Assembly: GCA_022813865.1 (NCBI GenBank)
Contig: JALDZX010000001.1
Location: forward strand, 744,001 to 808,000
Reading direction: 5' to 3'
From: Xylographa opegraphella
Lineage: Eukaryota
Length of the DNA: 64,000 nucleotides
The notes beneath the pieces were generated by a model that searched no databases, was not told the DNA's origin, and saw nothing but the letters and a program-made list of their open reading frames with translations. Positions 27,768-39,940 of the stretch are shown piece by piece. The position numbers were made by a program, and so were the translations under genes. Within the stretch, counting starts at the first letter, position 1, and the number at the start of each line of letters is the position of its first letter.

Positions 27768-28321
27768 AGGCTGGTAGGGAAGAAATTGGGCCTGCAGCAT
27801 TGCTTCGAAATCTGTTGCACTGTAGCATCAGTGTCAGCTACATCGGAAACAATACGATTTCTTGATCTCCCGTGGATGCATCTGCCTTAAAGTTTACCTT
27901 ACTGTTTATATCGCTGTTTGTTCATGAAAGGTGCTTGCTTATCGTCGCATGTTTTGATTGGACGGACGACTGGGGCTTGGCGTGGATTTTGATTGGTTCC
28001 ATTCCCTGCAACGCCCCTGCAACGGCTGCTGATTTGCACTGCTAGCCTGCTCTAGCGTTGGCCAATGATTGTGCCCCTTTTCCTGTCCCGAAAGAGCGCT
28101 GCAAGCACCAGCGCCACTAAAGTGGCCAGGCTCCGTCACTATATCCTTTTCTTGCCGTTTCTCTCCTCCTCCGTCTCTCACCTCATCCCCACAGCTTCAG
28201 CAGCATTCCCTCTTTGATCGCGACAGCTTCTCCCTGTACAGTACTTGTCCGTACTCACGTTCGTTGATCAGCATCGCGTCGCGCAAAACATTGTAATACC
28301 TAGCCTCAATCGCCCTGCTCA

Positions 28322-29291
28322 ATGCATTTCACCAGTGCGCTCCTCTTTGGAGCTTCCCTGATCGCCGCAGCGGTTGCGCAAAATACGACACTCATAGCTT
28401 TCACCTCACTTCCTGGAGCTACCGTTCAAGCTGGCGTTCCTGTTCAACTCGCTTGGTCGGGCGGCGATGGCGTATCAGTGAGCCTTGTCGATTATCCTAT
28501 AATGCGAAAGGCTGCTAACAAGCAATGTGCAGCCAGTCACCATCACGCTCAAACAAGGACCGCAGAACCACCTCGCAACTGTAGCTATTATTACTGGTGA
28601 GCTGCTCTAATCCCCATTGATTACTACCATTATCCTTTCACGTACCTGGTTGTTTACATGATATTCTTTGTCAACACTACTTTCCAAACAAGAACAACAG
28701 TGTTCGCTTCTCGTACCCCACTAACGTCAGAACATAGGTGATGCTACTGGCGACAGCTATACATGGACACCCTCATCCTCTCTTCCTAATGCGAACGACT
28801 ATGCGCTGCAAATTTCCCAGGGCATAGACGACATCAACTACAGTGGCACATTCTCTCTTACCGGCGGTTCAACGTCAAGCTCCATGTCTTCCTCCTCAAC
28901 CACAACCTCAACGGCCGCTACCACAGCCATCATAATAGCAGGCCCCTCCGGAAACGCCACCATTGTCAACCCTACGGTCTTCACTACAACTCTCGCCGGC
29001 ACTGCTGCCTCGTCGGGCGGGACCGGAATCCCGATGAGCAGAAACACAACCTTCTCAACCGCTTCCCTGAGTACCACCACCGGTGCCACTGGTGTAGGCG
29101 TCACCGCTGGACCATCCGGCACAATGACGGGTGCGACGGCCACACAACAGGGTGGAGGGACCCCCACTGGGACTGCCGGATCGACGGGCGCCAGCCCAAG
29201 CCCTACCTCCGCTGCAGACGCGAAGGTCGTCTCCGGGAGTTCGCTGGCTCTGGTTCTGTGCGCGGTTGTGGGCATGTGGATGCTGAACTAG
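28322..29291 (+). CDS. Second GPI-anchored Ser/Thr-rich Kre9/Knh1-like protein, 3 exons
   Basis: MHFTSALLFGASL signal; AGVPVQLAW, VTITLKQG, YTWTP, YALQISQG, NYSGTF; S/T/G tail; hydrophobic C-terminus. Confidence 0.85.
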
Positions 29292-30284
29292 AAAACGATC
29301 TCTTCGTGTGGTTTTTGCGACGCCGAGTCATAAGCCTGCAAGCAGTGCTGTGTTCGCGCCGCGGGGGTGGTGGTTTTGAGACTTTAGTCAAATGCCCGAG
29401 CTGGATAGGGCGGCTCGAGTGCCGAATGACGACCATTCGTTCGGTTGGACATTCTTTTCGACGAGGGGAACAAACTTATCGGGCGGGAGAAAGGGAGCAG
29501 CGATAATGTAATTAGGTGGAGTTGACTATAAATCTAATACATGTATAAATTACGCTGAGCGCTCCCGTGCGCGCTTGCTGTCGCAGATACTCTCGGCTTT
29601 GATGCGATATATGTAGCCACCGTACTTCGCCTTCTCCCTGTGCCTCTGTCCACGCCGTGGGAAATCCAATCCTGACCGCAGTTCGATCAGGTTACGAGGA
29701 ATATCCTTTCAGCGAAGCCAAAAGCTCAAGCCAATGGGTAGACCTAGAAAACTTCAGTGAAAGCTCGTGAAAACAATGGATAGATCGTTCGGCTGTAATC
29801 CTTTTATCGCATTGCCTCGTGTTATCACGGCTTCCAAGTCCATCTTTCAATGCTTGGGTGGGCAGACACGACCAGCCCCCAAAAACGTGTACAGGACCTA
29901 GGGCCTATCTATCGAGACATGCTGATCGAGCTGCTGATATCAAGCACCTGCCTCCAATAGGCGGTCTCTCACAAGAGCGATGGGTATGTACGATGCATAT
30001 AAAGTCTATGAGGGCATCGCTCAAGAACGTAAGCACGCGTATGATCTATAGCCTGCATGTAGACACGTAGATAGCCACGCAAAGCAGTTTCCGAGCGAGG
30101 ACTCAGCAGTCCAGACACGAAAGCTTGCACCCCCGCTGTCCCTTCCGCACTCCTGCTCCCAACTGCCTGACGAGAAACCGCTCCATTATTGCTGGCGAAT
30201 CCCTATCGGTAGTGTAGTATGTACACACGCTCTCAATCGCACGCCCTTCAACTAAAAAACCCGTCCAAACCCCCTTCCCAGCCC

Positions 30285-31052
30285 TCACCGCCCACTCCTA
30301 TGCTCCGCCTCTCGGCTCCGCTTCTCATAATGCGCCACCAGCTCCTCCAGATTCGCCGTCTGGCCCGCCTGCACGTTATACGGCGAGCCCGTGCTGAAGA
30401 CCCTAGACGCGACACAGCCAGATCAGCCCAGCATCCCACAACCCCCAAGATGCCTCCCCTTCCGCGTCGCCTCTTCCCCAGCATCTTCCTTCCCCCTCCC
30501 ACCCCACAACAACGAAGAAGACAGAAAACCACTCACTCCGGAAACTTCAGCTCGATCATCTTAGTCGCGGGCGTGCTCTGGAACAGATTCCGGTCCGCGG
30601 CCGCCTGCTCCACCATGCGCGTGTGCAGCGTGTTGCGCGCCACCCACCGCTCCTGGAAGGAGCTGTAGCTGCCGATGAGGCGCGTCAGCCACGGCTGGGC
30701 CGCGGCGTCATCGCTGCTGCTGCTGCGCGATAGCTTGTACAGCGCGAAAGCGAGCGGGAGGGAGGCGAGGGTGATGTAGAAGCCGCGCTGTGGGGTCGGG
30801 GAAGGGGAGGGGGTCAGCTGCGTTTGAGCAACGGCGGGGGGGGGAGTGGGAAGAATAGAGGAGGGAGAATGGAGGACGTACGCCCAAGGACTCGTTCACC
30901 GGCTCCGGGTGGTGGGCGTGCGAGACCGGCTCGGCGTGTCCGGCGGAGGCGGAGTGGCCTGTCGTCGCTTTGGTGGTGTCGTGCCGGCGCTGCTGAGGGC
31001 GGGGGCGGAAGAAGCGGCTGAGGCGGAGGGCGGGGTGTCTGGTTAAGAGCAT
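30285..31052 (-). CDS. NADH:ubiquinone oxidoreductase 17.8 kDa accessory subunit, 3 exons
   Basis: Presequence MLLTRHPALRLSRFFR; PVNESLG|RGFYITL; RNTLHTRMVEQAAADRNLF; KFPE|VFSTGSPYNVQAG..LVAHY. Confidence 0.85.
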
Positions 31053-31614
31053 TGTGGGTGGGGTGCGGAGGGGGGCCAATGGTTCTCTCTCTCTCTCTCT
31101 CTCTCTTTGCTGTCTGTCTGGAGTGTCGATGGTGGGAGGTGAGGTTTGGTTTGTGAGGTTCGGGAACGCCGCTAGGCTGGATGGGGGAGGTGTAGCCGAG
31201 GGGAGAGCGTGGAAGTTTTGGTTCTGGAGGGACCACTGCGGAGAAAGATTGGCTTGGGTGGAGTGGTTGTGCAGCGGGTGTATATAATAAAGTCTGCTGT
31301 CGATGGTCCTGTGATTACGAATTGTCGATTGAGAGATATAAGCTGCAGAGCATCCTTTACAATCGTGTCCTGTTGACCGCTGTACCCCTTGTTCGATTGA
31401 AGCAATCTGAGCCATTGCGTGAGCGTGGTGACTCATTGGGACCTTGGTCGTTTCTCTTTCTAGTCGTCTCTTCTATCTCTATAAGTTATATATCAAGTCT
31501 AGCTGTCCCAGATATCCTCCTCCTACCCACAACCACCACCACCACCGCCCCCCCAAACCGAACCCCCCTTCCCCCTCCCAGCTCACACAACCCCATCCAC
31601 CACCACCACCAGCC

Positions 31615-32515
31615 ATGGCCGAATACCCCAAAACAGCACGCAACACCGTCAACCGCTACCGCGGACGAGGTATCCCTCCCNNNNNNNNNNNNNNNNNNNN
31701 NNNNNNNNNNNNNNNNNCCCCCCCCCCTTTCTCCAGCCGCCTACGACCACGAAACGATCCACACGATCGTCAACAGCGCGCCCATCCTGCACGTATCCTT
31801 CCAGCCCTCGGCCACGGAGCGCTTCCCCACCATCCTGCCCATGATCGGCTGCATGGGCTCGTTCGCGGACCCGGCCGCCCCGCTCTCCGCCCCGCTGGAC
31901 CTCTACCTCCACGGCTACGTCTCCTCGCGGCTGATGCGCCTGCCTGGCGCCACGACGACGACGACGAGCACCACCGGAGAACAAGAACAACGACAACAAG
32001 ACGAAGACCAACAACAAGAAAGCGGCCTCCCCCTCTGCATCGCAGCCACCCACCTCGACGGCCTCATCCTCGCCCTGACCCCCACGCACCACAGCCTGAA
32101 CTACCGCTCCGCCATCCTGCACGGGCACGCCCACCGCGTCACCTCCGCCGCCGAGAAAACATACGCCACCCGCCTCCTGACGGAGAACACGATCCCCGGC
32201 CGCTGGGCCGCGACGCGCGTGCCGCCCTCGCCGGCGGAGATGCATAGCACGGCCGTGCTACGCGTCGTGGTGGCGGACGCGAGCGCCAAGGTGCGCTGCG
32301 GCGGGCCGGGCGAGGACCGCGCCGATGAGCGCGATGCGGCGCTGCGGGCCCGTGTGTGGACGGGTGTGGTGCCGGCGTGGACGGCGTACGGGGCGCCGGT
32401 GCCGGCGGGGGGGAATCGGGTGGGGGAGGTGCCGGCGCATGTGGTGGGCTTGGTGGAGGGGCGGAATAGGGAGGGGGAGAGGGCGGCGAGGGAGGCGGCG
32501 GGGGGGTTGGAGTAA
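31615..32515 (+). CDS. Pyridoxamine 5'-phosphate oxidase-like FMN-binding protein (NimA-like)
   Basis: NTVNRYRGR|AAYDHETIHTIV, LYLHGYVSSRLM, DGLILALTPTHHSLNYRSA, ASAKVR, VWTGVVP; intron 31670-31736 contains an assembly gap. Confidence 0.88.
31681..31717. other. Assembly gap (37 N) inside a poly-C intron
   Basis: Run of n flanked by C tracts. Confidence 0.99.
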
Positions 32516-32934
32516 GGTACCTAGTGAGTAGGTAGGTGGGGGCTGATCTGAATGGTTGGTGGGGGTACAGGGGCGGCGAGGTGGAGGGGGCAGGGCTGGT
32601 GGAATTTCACTGTACCGCGAACATGGATAAGCTGTATGAGCAAGAGGGTGGATGCTTTTCTCCTTAATGGGAAGATGTCGGTCGGTCCGGTACCATGATA
32701 CAAACCGCATGCTGCCCCTGTACCAGATATGCCATCATAAAGGCCAATTTCCAAACCACATGCTCGCCAGCTTACAGACCATAGACCACAGATCACGGCC
32801 GCACCACATCCGCCCACACGTCTATGTCATCCCGCTTCCGCCATGCCACGAGCAATCAATCATCAGTCATCAGCAGCAGGCACCGAGCCCAGCCAAGGCC
32901 ACACACTCCCCCATCTCTCCCCCCCAGCACAGCC

Positions 32935-35196
32935 TCAACCAGACTCACTATCCAACTCCTCCTCGGCCGCTTCCGCCAAATCCGTCGTGCTCTCCTCCTC
33001 CTCCTCCACTTCTTCCTCCTCATCCCCCTCATCCCCCTCATCCCCCTCATCCCCCTCATCTCCCTCATCCGCACCATCCTCATCCTCCCCCTCATCTCCC
33101 TCATCCGCACCATCCTCATCCTCCCCATCATCGACAACGCGAAACTCCCCGACAGCGTCCCACCGATCGCCCGCGGCCCTTGCGCTCACGTACTTGACGA
33201 ACTTCATCACGCCCTTGTCCCTGAGCACGAGACTGAGCCGGTTCCAGCCAGCGCCCATACTGAACAGGGTGCCGTCGTCTTCGTCGTCCTCTTTTGCGGC
33301 CTGGTACACGGCCGGATCGGCGCTCTGCGCATCGCTGGAGGCAGGCTCGGCGCTCATGTAGACCTCGTAGCCGCCAACATTGTCGTCGGGGTTGCGCGCT
33401 TCGGGCTTGGGTGGATTATTCCCAGCCAGGGCGCGAGCCCGTGCTGTCTGTGGAGGCTTCTTTCCTGCCGTGCTGTTGTTCACTTCCACAGTCGGAGCCT
33501 TCTTTTCGGGGTGCGCGTCCTCTTCTGCATCTTCTTCGTCCTCATCTTCTTCCCAGCCTTTTGTCGGTGTAAGTCCGAGAGTAAGTTCAAGTCTAGGGTG
33601 CTCTTCTTCATAATTAGTCGCCAGCGAATAGTCGTAGCCTCGCCGAAACCGGCGAGCTCGCACGTCATGGGTGATGAGCGTGAGACCGGTTGCGAGATGA
33701 AGCCATTTCCCGAAGGCGAGTGATGGGAGCAAAACCGTCAAGAGCTCCGTCATCGGAGACATTTCCTTCTTTCTCGTGGACAGAAGGTTTTGGTGATTGG
33801 GGTCTGGCGCGTTGGGAGTCATGAACAGGTAGCGTTGCTTGTGAGGAGGACATGCCACCGTCCACGGCGGTTGTGCCTCGATTTTTTTCGTATTGTGGGA
33901 GAGTGTGTCGGGTTGTGATTGGATGAAGTCTCGAAGACGTTTGGCGAAAGAAGGATTGAGAAAGCTCTTGATAAGGAGAACAGAGCAGTCTTCGAACGAA
34001 TCCTGCAAACTGTCTAGAGTATCTGGTGTCAGAAAACCCGGGTTCAAGTACTTGAGCAAGACATTTATCTCGGATTCTGTCAAGATGTCGTCTTCTGAAT
34101 CTCCCTCAGGCTCCGCTTCCGTGGTACTCTTTGATTTACTATCATTAGCCCCATTACCCGAGTTCTGCGAAGGCGGATTAAGGTTACTGCTACTTGACAG
34201 CTGCGTCGCTTTGGTGATGTATGCCTTAGGGTTCGGTTTGGGGAGGTCATGTTCATCGTTCTTGCTTCGGAGCTGGGTAAGACTGCTCTTTGCAGACAAT
34301 TCCTCCTCCAGTCCTGGCTGGAACCGAGTTTCGCCTTCCTGGGGAATATGGTACCAACCACTGATTGCCATACGCACTCTCTGATTGTTTAGTTCTTCGC
34401 TCCTGGCTGGGAGGACTTCTGCGACGTCATGGAAACTTTTCCCGGGTTCAACGGCGAAGAAGCTCAATTGATTCCACGCTGGTTGTATGTGTTTCGCAGG
34501 ATCCGAAGCCGGAATGTCAATCTTCGTCCCATCAGAGTTCTTGTGCAGCTTGGTAGGGTAAAGTCGCAAGGCCCCTCCCCAGTGACGTCCCCATGGCTGT
34601 TCCGGGTCCAACAGGTAAAGGATGTAGCTCACTCGCCTGCTCCCAATCACGTCGTCGTGGCAAAGCAGGTGGCACCCGGGTGTGTAGACATTGATGGCCA
34701 TATCGGTCTTCTTTCCCGACAGTGGCCCTGCATTGGTGACCGACGAAAGGAATTCCCGGAAAACGGTCGAATACAGTGCATTGCGGAGTATAAGTAAGGA
34801 AGGGAGACGCTTGAGCGAGGCATCGTCCAAGCCATCGAGATTTGCGAGGTCTCCAGATTGGTGGATTTTGTAGATGTCGGTTTCTTTCGGTGTGAATGAC
34901 AAGTTTTCGAGGATTTCCTGACGGACGTTCCTGAGAAGGTTTGGCTCGATCAATTGCGAAATAACGCCATGGCGGTACCTTCTATCGTTAGTACACAAAA
35001 TAGTGAGTTGAACGCGAATTACTAACGGAGCCGAGTTGGTGTAGTCCTGTCGTTCGTCCTCCAGGCTGATCTGGTCGAAGAGACCAGGGCGGAATCTATT
35101 GCTATAGTCCTCTTTGACTGCCGTGTTGCGCCTCTTCTTGGCTCCAGGCTCAGGCCCTGATTGTGGATCATCTCGTGGTCTTTTATGGCTACTCAT
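32935..35196 (-). CDS. TPA1: Prolyl 3,4-dihydroxylase of uS12/Rps23 (Tpa1/Ofd1/OGFOD1)
   Basis: KETDIYKIHQSGDLANLDGL, Fe ligands LLCHDD and SFHDV, RMAISGWYH, RRFRRGYDYSLAT, WNRLSLVLRD; short intron 35026-34979. Confidence 0.95.
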   Translation of the reverse strand: MSSHKRPRDDPQSGPEPGAKKRRNTAVKEDYSNRFRPGLFDQISLEDERQDYTNSAPLVIRVQLTILCTNDRRYRHGVISQLIEPNLLRNVRQEILENLSFTPKETDIYKIHQSGDLANLDGLDDASLKRLPSLLILRNALYSTVFREFLSSVTNAGPLSGKKTDMAINVYTPGCHLLCHDDVIGSRRVSYILYLLDPEQPWGRHWGGALRLYPTKLHKNSDGTKIDIPASDPAKHIQPAWNQLSFFAVEPGKSFHDVAEVLPARSEELNNQRVRMAISGWYHIPQEGETRFQPGLEEELSAKSSLTQLRSKNDEHDLPKPNPKAYITKATQLSSSSNLNPPSQNSGNGANDSKSKSTTEAEPEGDSEDDILTESEINVLLKYLNPGFLTPDTLDSLQDSFEDCSVLLIKSFLNPSFAKRLRDFIQSQPDTLSHNTKKIEAQPPWTVACPPHKQRYLFMTPNAPDPNHQNLLSTRKKEMSPMTELLTVLLPSLAFGKWLHLATGLTLITHDVRARRFRRGYDYSLATNYEEEHPRLELTLGLTPTKGWEEDEDEEDAEEDAHPEKKAPTVEVNNSTAGKKPPQTARARALAGNNPPKPEARNPDDNVGGYEVYMSAEPASSDAQSADPAVYQAAKEDDEDDGTLFSMGAGWNRLSLVLRDKGVMKFVKYVSARAAGDRWDAVGEFRVVDDGEDEDGADEGDEGEDEDGADEGDEGDEGDEGDEGDEEEEVEEEEESTTDLAEAAEEELDSESG
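33016..33122 (-). repeat. Coding tandem repeats in the TPA1 acidic tail
   Basis: 36-nt unit x2 (33051-33122, GEDEDGADEGDE) plus 9-nt unit x4 (GDE). Confidence 0.9.
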
Positions 35197-35421
35197 GGTT
35201 GCAACGATCCTTATTTTAACATCCTAAGCTTCTAGTTGACTATATTATCGTGTTTTGTTCGGCTAAATAATTTACTTCGATTCGTGTGCTTATCTCCGAC
35301 ACATGTCCGAATATCCAGGGCAGCACGTGTCAATGGAAAGATTTTAAAACCACACCAGATTCCCTTCAATCCACGCATCTAGATTATACATATTCCGTAA
35401 ATATAACTTTCTACTCGTCGT

Positions 35422-37034
35422 CTACTCCATCTCAGGCTCCGTCAACTTAGCAGCCGATTTCTGCTCCTCTACGCTTCGATCGGGAAGCTTTCCCGGCGAC
35501 AGCACCTCATCCATGATCTTCTCCAATCTCGAAACAGCCTCGTCAGATACCTCTACACATCGCGTTAGCATCAATCCTTGTTTTATCTCCATGACACAAG
35601 GGCACACAGATGAGGTAGGAGGGTGTTCAGGAGTTTCAAAGAAATTGATAACGCACGATAGTGTACTACCAGCCTTCCTCCCAAGAGCTGCACGCCATGC
35701 TTCACCCCGATCTCCACAAAATCCTTGACCTCGATCCCAGCGCTCTCCAAATCAAACCACACCATATTCGTTTCTACCTGTTTCGCTAATTTCCCCCCTT
35801 TGCTAGTCCATAATTCTGCGATTTGCCTCGTCCTTTCGTGCGATCCTATTAGCTTCCCACCCAAAAAGGTCTCGTCGACAGCCACTCTGGCCGCTGCCGT
35901 CACAACGCCAGCTTGCCGTAAGCCGCCACCGATGCTCTTCCTGATGTGCCGAGCTTTCTTGATGAAAGCCTCGGAGCCAATGATCATGCTACCGATAGGC
36001 GCCCCGAGGCCTTTGCTGAAACATAGAGAAACACTATCAAAGCAAGCACAATACGCCTTTAGACCAGTTGCAAGGTCGCTGTTGTGCTCGCCTACGGCCA
36101 CTTGGGCCGCGACTGCTTCCCAAAGCCGAGCGCCGTCGAGATGCATCTTGATACCACGTTCATGAGCCCAGGACGAGATCGCTTGACACTCCGCCAGAGG
36201 CATAATTTCGCCGCCAAGAGTATTCTCGAGGGAGATGACGCTTGTCGGGCAGGCGTGCACATCATCGCTGACAATGGCGTTCTTTTGCACATCAGCCAAA
36301 GTCATGGAATGCCCGTTTGCAGGAATGACGCCCTTCACAAGAGCTCCGCAGAGGGATGCTACTCCACCAGCTTCCCATTCGAGAATATGTGACCGGTGAT
36401 CCGTAAGAACGGAGTGCGGAGGTTGGGTGAGGTGTGTGCGTAGAGCAACCTGGTTGCCCATTGTCCCAGAGAGCACGAGGAGAGCGGCAGGATGATCCGT
36501 CAGTTGAGCGATAAAGGACTCGAGATCATTTGTGGTAGGGTCGGCGCGGAAGACATCGTCCAGCAGAGTGGTATTCGTGATCGCGTGAAGCATGGAAGGC
36601 GTTGGAGTCGTGACAACATCACCTGCCGAAGACGGCATCAGCAACTCGCACCGCTGTCGATTGTGTCTCCATGGGTAGACTCTTGGGAATACTCACTTCT
36701 GAAATCAAAAGCCGCCGGCCCGGGACGCATCCACGCATTCTCCCCACCATGCGTGCCGTTGATGCCATTGGCCTTTCCCATTCCAGGGACACCATTTGGT
36801 TCCCCCATCATATGCGTCGCTATAAACCTTCTTCTAGTCCAAGGAAGTGAAGCCGATATCCCTGGTAGACGTCGTGGAAAGGTAGTGTGAAATATGGACG
36901 GCGCCGCAAAGAGCACAGAGAGATTATCTGGACACGCACGTTAGCGAAAGGATCGTCAGACTTCAGATATTATAAGACGAATAATGACCTTTGAAATGTG
37001 CTCTTCCAACGAGCAGGACAGACGACGGCCGCAT
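35422..37034 (-). CDS. GLY1: Low-specificity L-threonine aldolase (alternative starts at 37034 or about 36812)
   Basis: DFRS|DVVTTPT, SGTMGNQ, SLENT, HLDGARLW, PLP lysine CFSKGLGAPIGS, GGGLRQAG; introns 36696-36623 and 35656-35553. Confidence 0.93.
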
Positions 37035-38158
37035 CAAGCGGCTGGAACTATTGATCCTTACATGGTTGGGAAGTTCTGCCTAGAGTGAAGCCCTAAAGGG
37101 CGAGAACATTTTGCACTTCCCGAAGAGGAAGGCTATCGTTATCGATAACTATGAGTGATAGAGACACAACCGGGATCCTAAGGATTATTGCGCGACTTCT
37201 TATTCTACTCGTCAAGTGATGGAAATACACATTTCGAGCACATGTATCACCCCGGTAACTTTTCATACTTCTGCAGTACAATCAGGAGAGCTCTTTGCAA
37301 TCGAAAGTCCTTTCTTTCACAAAAACATGGCAGTAGTTTTCAAGCAATGTCTATGCACCCACTTCCATCTACATAATCTAGATCCGCAGCGCAACAACAA
37401 GCGAGGCCAGTTCCTCGCCGTTGAGAAAGAGAAGCCGTGAGGCAAAATGGCTAGAGCTAATCTCGTGCCACCTCTTTCAGTTGCGGTCGATAGTCGATAT
37501 TACCGAGTCGGTTGTCGAAGATCCTTCGACGATCTCTTCAGAATAGAAACCATTATCATCCCAGCATAGCATAGCGTTAGATGAGGACATGCAAGAGCAA
37601 CCATGAGCCCATCATCGTACTCCGCAGATCCTCCCGAATATCTTCCATATTCACACCAGATCATCCCCCCGTACCATATACCAGATGGAACTTACTCGAA
37701 AAGTACACAAAGGAAATCACAGCCAGCCGAGTGAGCGGTGCAAATGCGTCAACTACACAACAGCCACTGGTTTAAAGGAAAAAGGGCCTTGGCGGAAAGT
37801 ACATAACAAGGGGTATCCAGCAGATATAAGGAGTACAGACGAAGCCGTACCAAACTGTTTCATCATCACCTCCACCACCTCTTAGTCTCGTGTAGAATGG
37901 AGAGTCCCTGTGGATATTACCTCCAAGTAAACGACGACTGACCATTGGTGATGAAGTAATCTCGATGAGAAACGAACCGATGCAAGACATACTTTTTGTT
38001 ACAACGCGAAAGCAGGTCGGCTGTAGATCACCGCCTGTGTTCGGGCCTGGCCGGGGGACTGCTGAGCCAGTCAACAGTCATTGACAGCAAAGTCGTGCTG
38101 CAGTTGTGATAATGAAAAATCTTGGTGTGGATGAAGAGATATCCCATGTGGATCTGAA

Positions 38159-39940
38159 CTAGCGGTGGTCGTGAGAAGAGTATTGCACGCCCTGCATCGA
38201 GGAAGAAGGGGCGGAACTAGTAGTCAATGGAGGAAGCGACCTCGATGGATCGTGAAGCGAAGGGGGTTGTGGGCCATATTGGTGAGCGGCTGGATAAGGA
38301 GTGGGCTGTGGATGTGCCGCTTGTGCTTGGCGCAGCACTTGGATATCGTGCAACAGGCGTTGATTTTCATCACGTAAATTATCATTCTCGCGCCGACAAT
38401 TCTCCAAGTCGTGGCAAGCGAGGCGAAGTTGCTTGTCAGCGTGCTGGCCATTCTGCGCAGAGTTCTCGAGTGCCTTGATGTACTCCGAGGCTAAAGCAAT
38501 GGATCAGCACATCCATCTCTAGGATTGAAATGATTTATGCATACCTTTCGTCAGGATTTCCCACTTGCTAGATTTAGAGCCTTGATTCGAAGGTATCTGA
38601 GATCGCAAGTTCTCAAACAGGTCCTTCATCTCGCTCCGTCGTTTCCGTTCGGCCATTTTGTGACTGACTCGCAGCGCCGGAGTACGACTGTAGGGCGTGA
38701 TGCCATCCTCAGTGCTCATGGGAGACTCGCCGTTGAGATTCGCCAACTGCGCTTGCTGGAGCGTGTGATGATGTGTCCCGGGCATGTCACCTGAAAATGA
38801 GGATTAACAACCAAGATCGAGATATATGGTGTATAGAACGAGTATCTACCTTCTTCCAGGCGGCGCTGACCAGGCGGGAGGTGTGAGTCGGAAGTGACAA
38901 TACTGCTCGTAATGGACGTGTGGCCGCTATCGCGGCGAGAGAAAATCCCGGACCGAGCCTCTTCGGCACTGCTGGTCGCTCGCTTGCCAGGAATGGGAGG
39001 TAGATCCCCAGGTTGCACGTCAGGCGGATCGGGAAACGCATAGGCTTGACCGGGGGCCGGCTCAAAAGCATTGTAGATGTCACTCCGGGGATTGCGACCG
39101 ATGGGCGGAGCAATGCGAGGGGCCGAAGTCGGCATTCGCGATTCGGTTTCCTGGGGCGACATGGGCGATATGGGAAGCTGTCCCGACGTTCGAGAATTTC
39201 GTGCTCCGTTGGCGTTCGTGATGCCTCGTTCTCGGGACAGATTCTGCGCGAGGGATGTGGTGGAGTGGTTGACACTGCCGGCATATGGCGAGCCGGTCCC
39301 ATTGATATGAAGGCCGTTCAGGCCTTGGTTGACTTGGCTCCCGAGACTGCTCCGACGAGACTCTTGCGGCGGAAATTCTTGACTTGGACGGGAAGGATCA
39401 TGAACCTGATTGAGAGACGGAAGCAGACTTGATGGAGGAGCAAAACCTGGTGATGACAAAGCACCAGCAGAAGTTGGAGTGTGCGAGTACTCCATCGGAT
39501 GGGAGGTTGCGCCCAATTGGCTTGAATTGGAGATGTTTGAAATGCGGGTCGGTGACATGTAATACGAGTTGGTGTTCGACGACGGTTGATAACCAGTGCT
39601 GGTAGAATATGCTGACGAGCCTGGACGTGGTCAGCATCGAGAGCGGCGGATACATTGTTTGAGGGTATGATTTTGGCGCAATTGGGAGCTGGTCAAGACT
39701 GCTGATTCTCGGGAAGAGAAGCGGATGGGATTGCTTACGAGTACTTTGAGGTTGGGAGGACCAGGCACCCGAATCTCGTTCACGGGTGCTGGCCGGAGAC
39801 GGGAGGCCATTCGACCCTGGCCCACTTGGGAAGGCGTTTGTCAAAGCGGTAATAGATGGGAGCTGGCCCCGTGGAGTGGTATTGGAGTTGGACGGACCAT
39901 TGCCAATCTCCCAGGCACGATGGGAAGTTGTTGCAGCCAT
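38159..39940 (-). CDS. devR: bHLH transcription factor, DevR/Hpa3/Esc1-like, 4 coding exons
   Basis: [39 protein letters not shown] bHLH; N-terminal LPSI and RDSGAWS..QSTR|SSAYST motifs. The family is secure; the exact orthologue is recalled, not tested. Confidence 0.7.

Noticed and set aside
29670..29692. GTTCGA within a small hairpin, tRNA T-arm-like
   Set aside because: No cloverleaf or A-box around it.
32824..33723. 299-aa + strand ORF with ILIPL repeats
   Set aside because: Antisense shadow of the TPA1 acidic repeat tail.
36915..36955. TPP-riboswitch-like words (GAGATTAT, TCTGGA, AGCGAAAGGAT) at the GLY1 leader intron
   Set aside because: They are on the strand antisense to GLY1 and lack the CTGAGA and P4/P5 elements; treated as coincidence.
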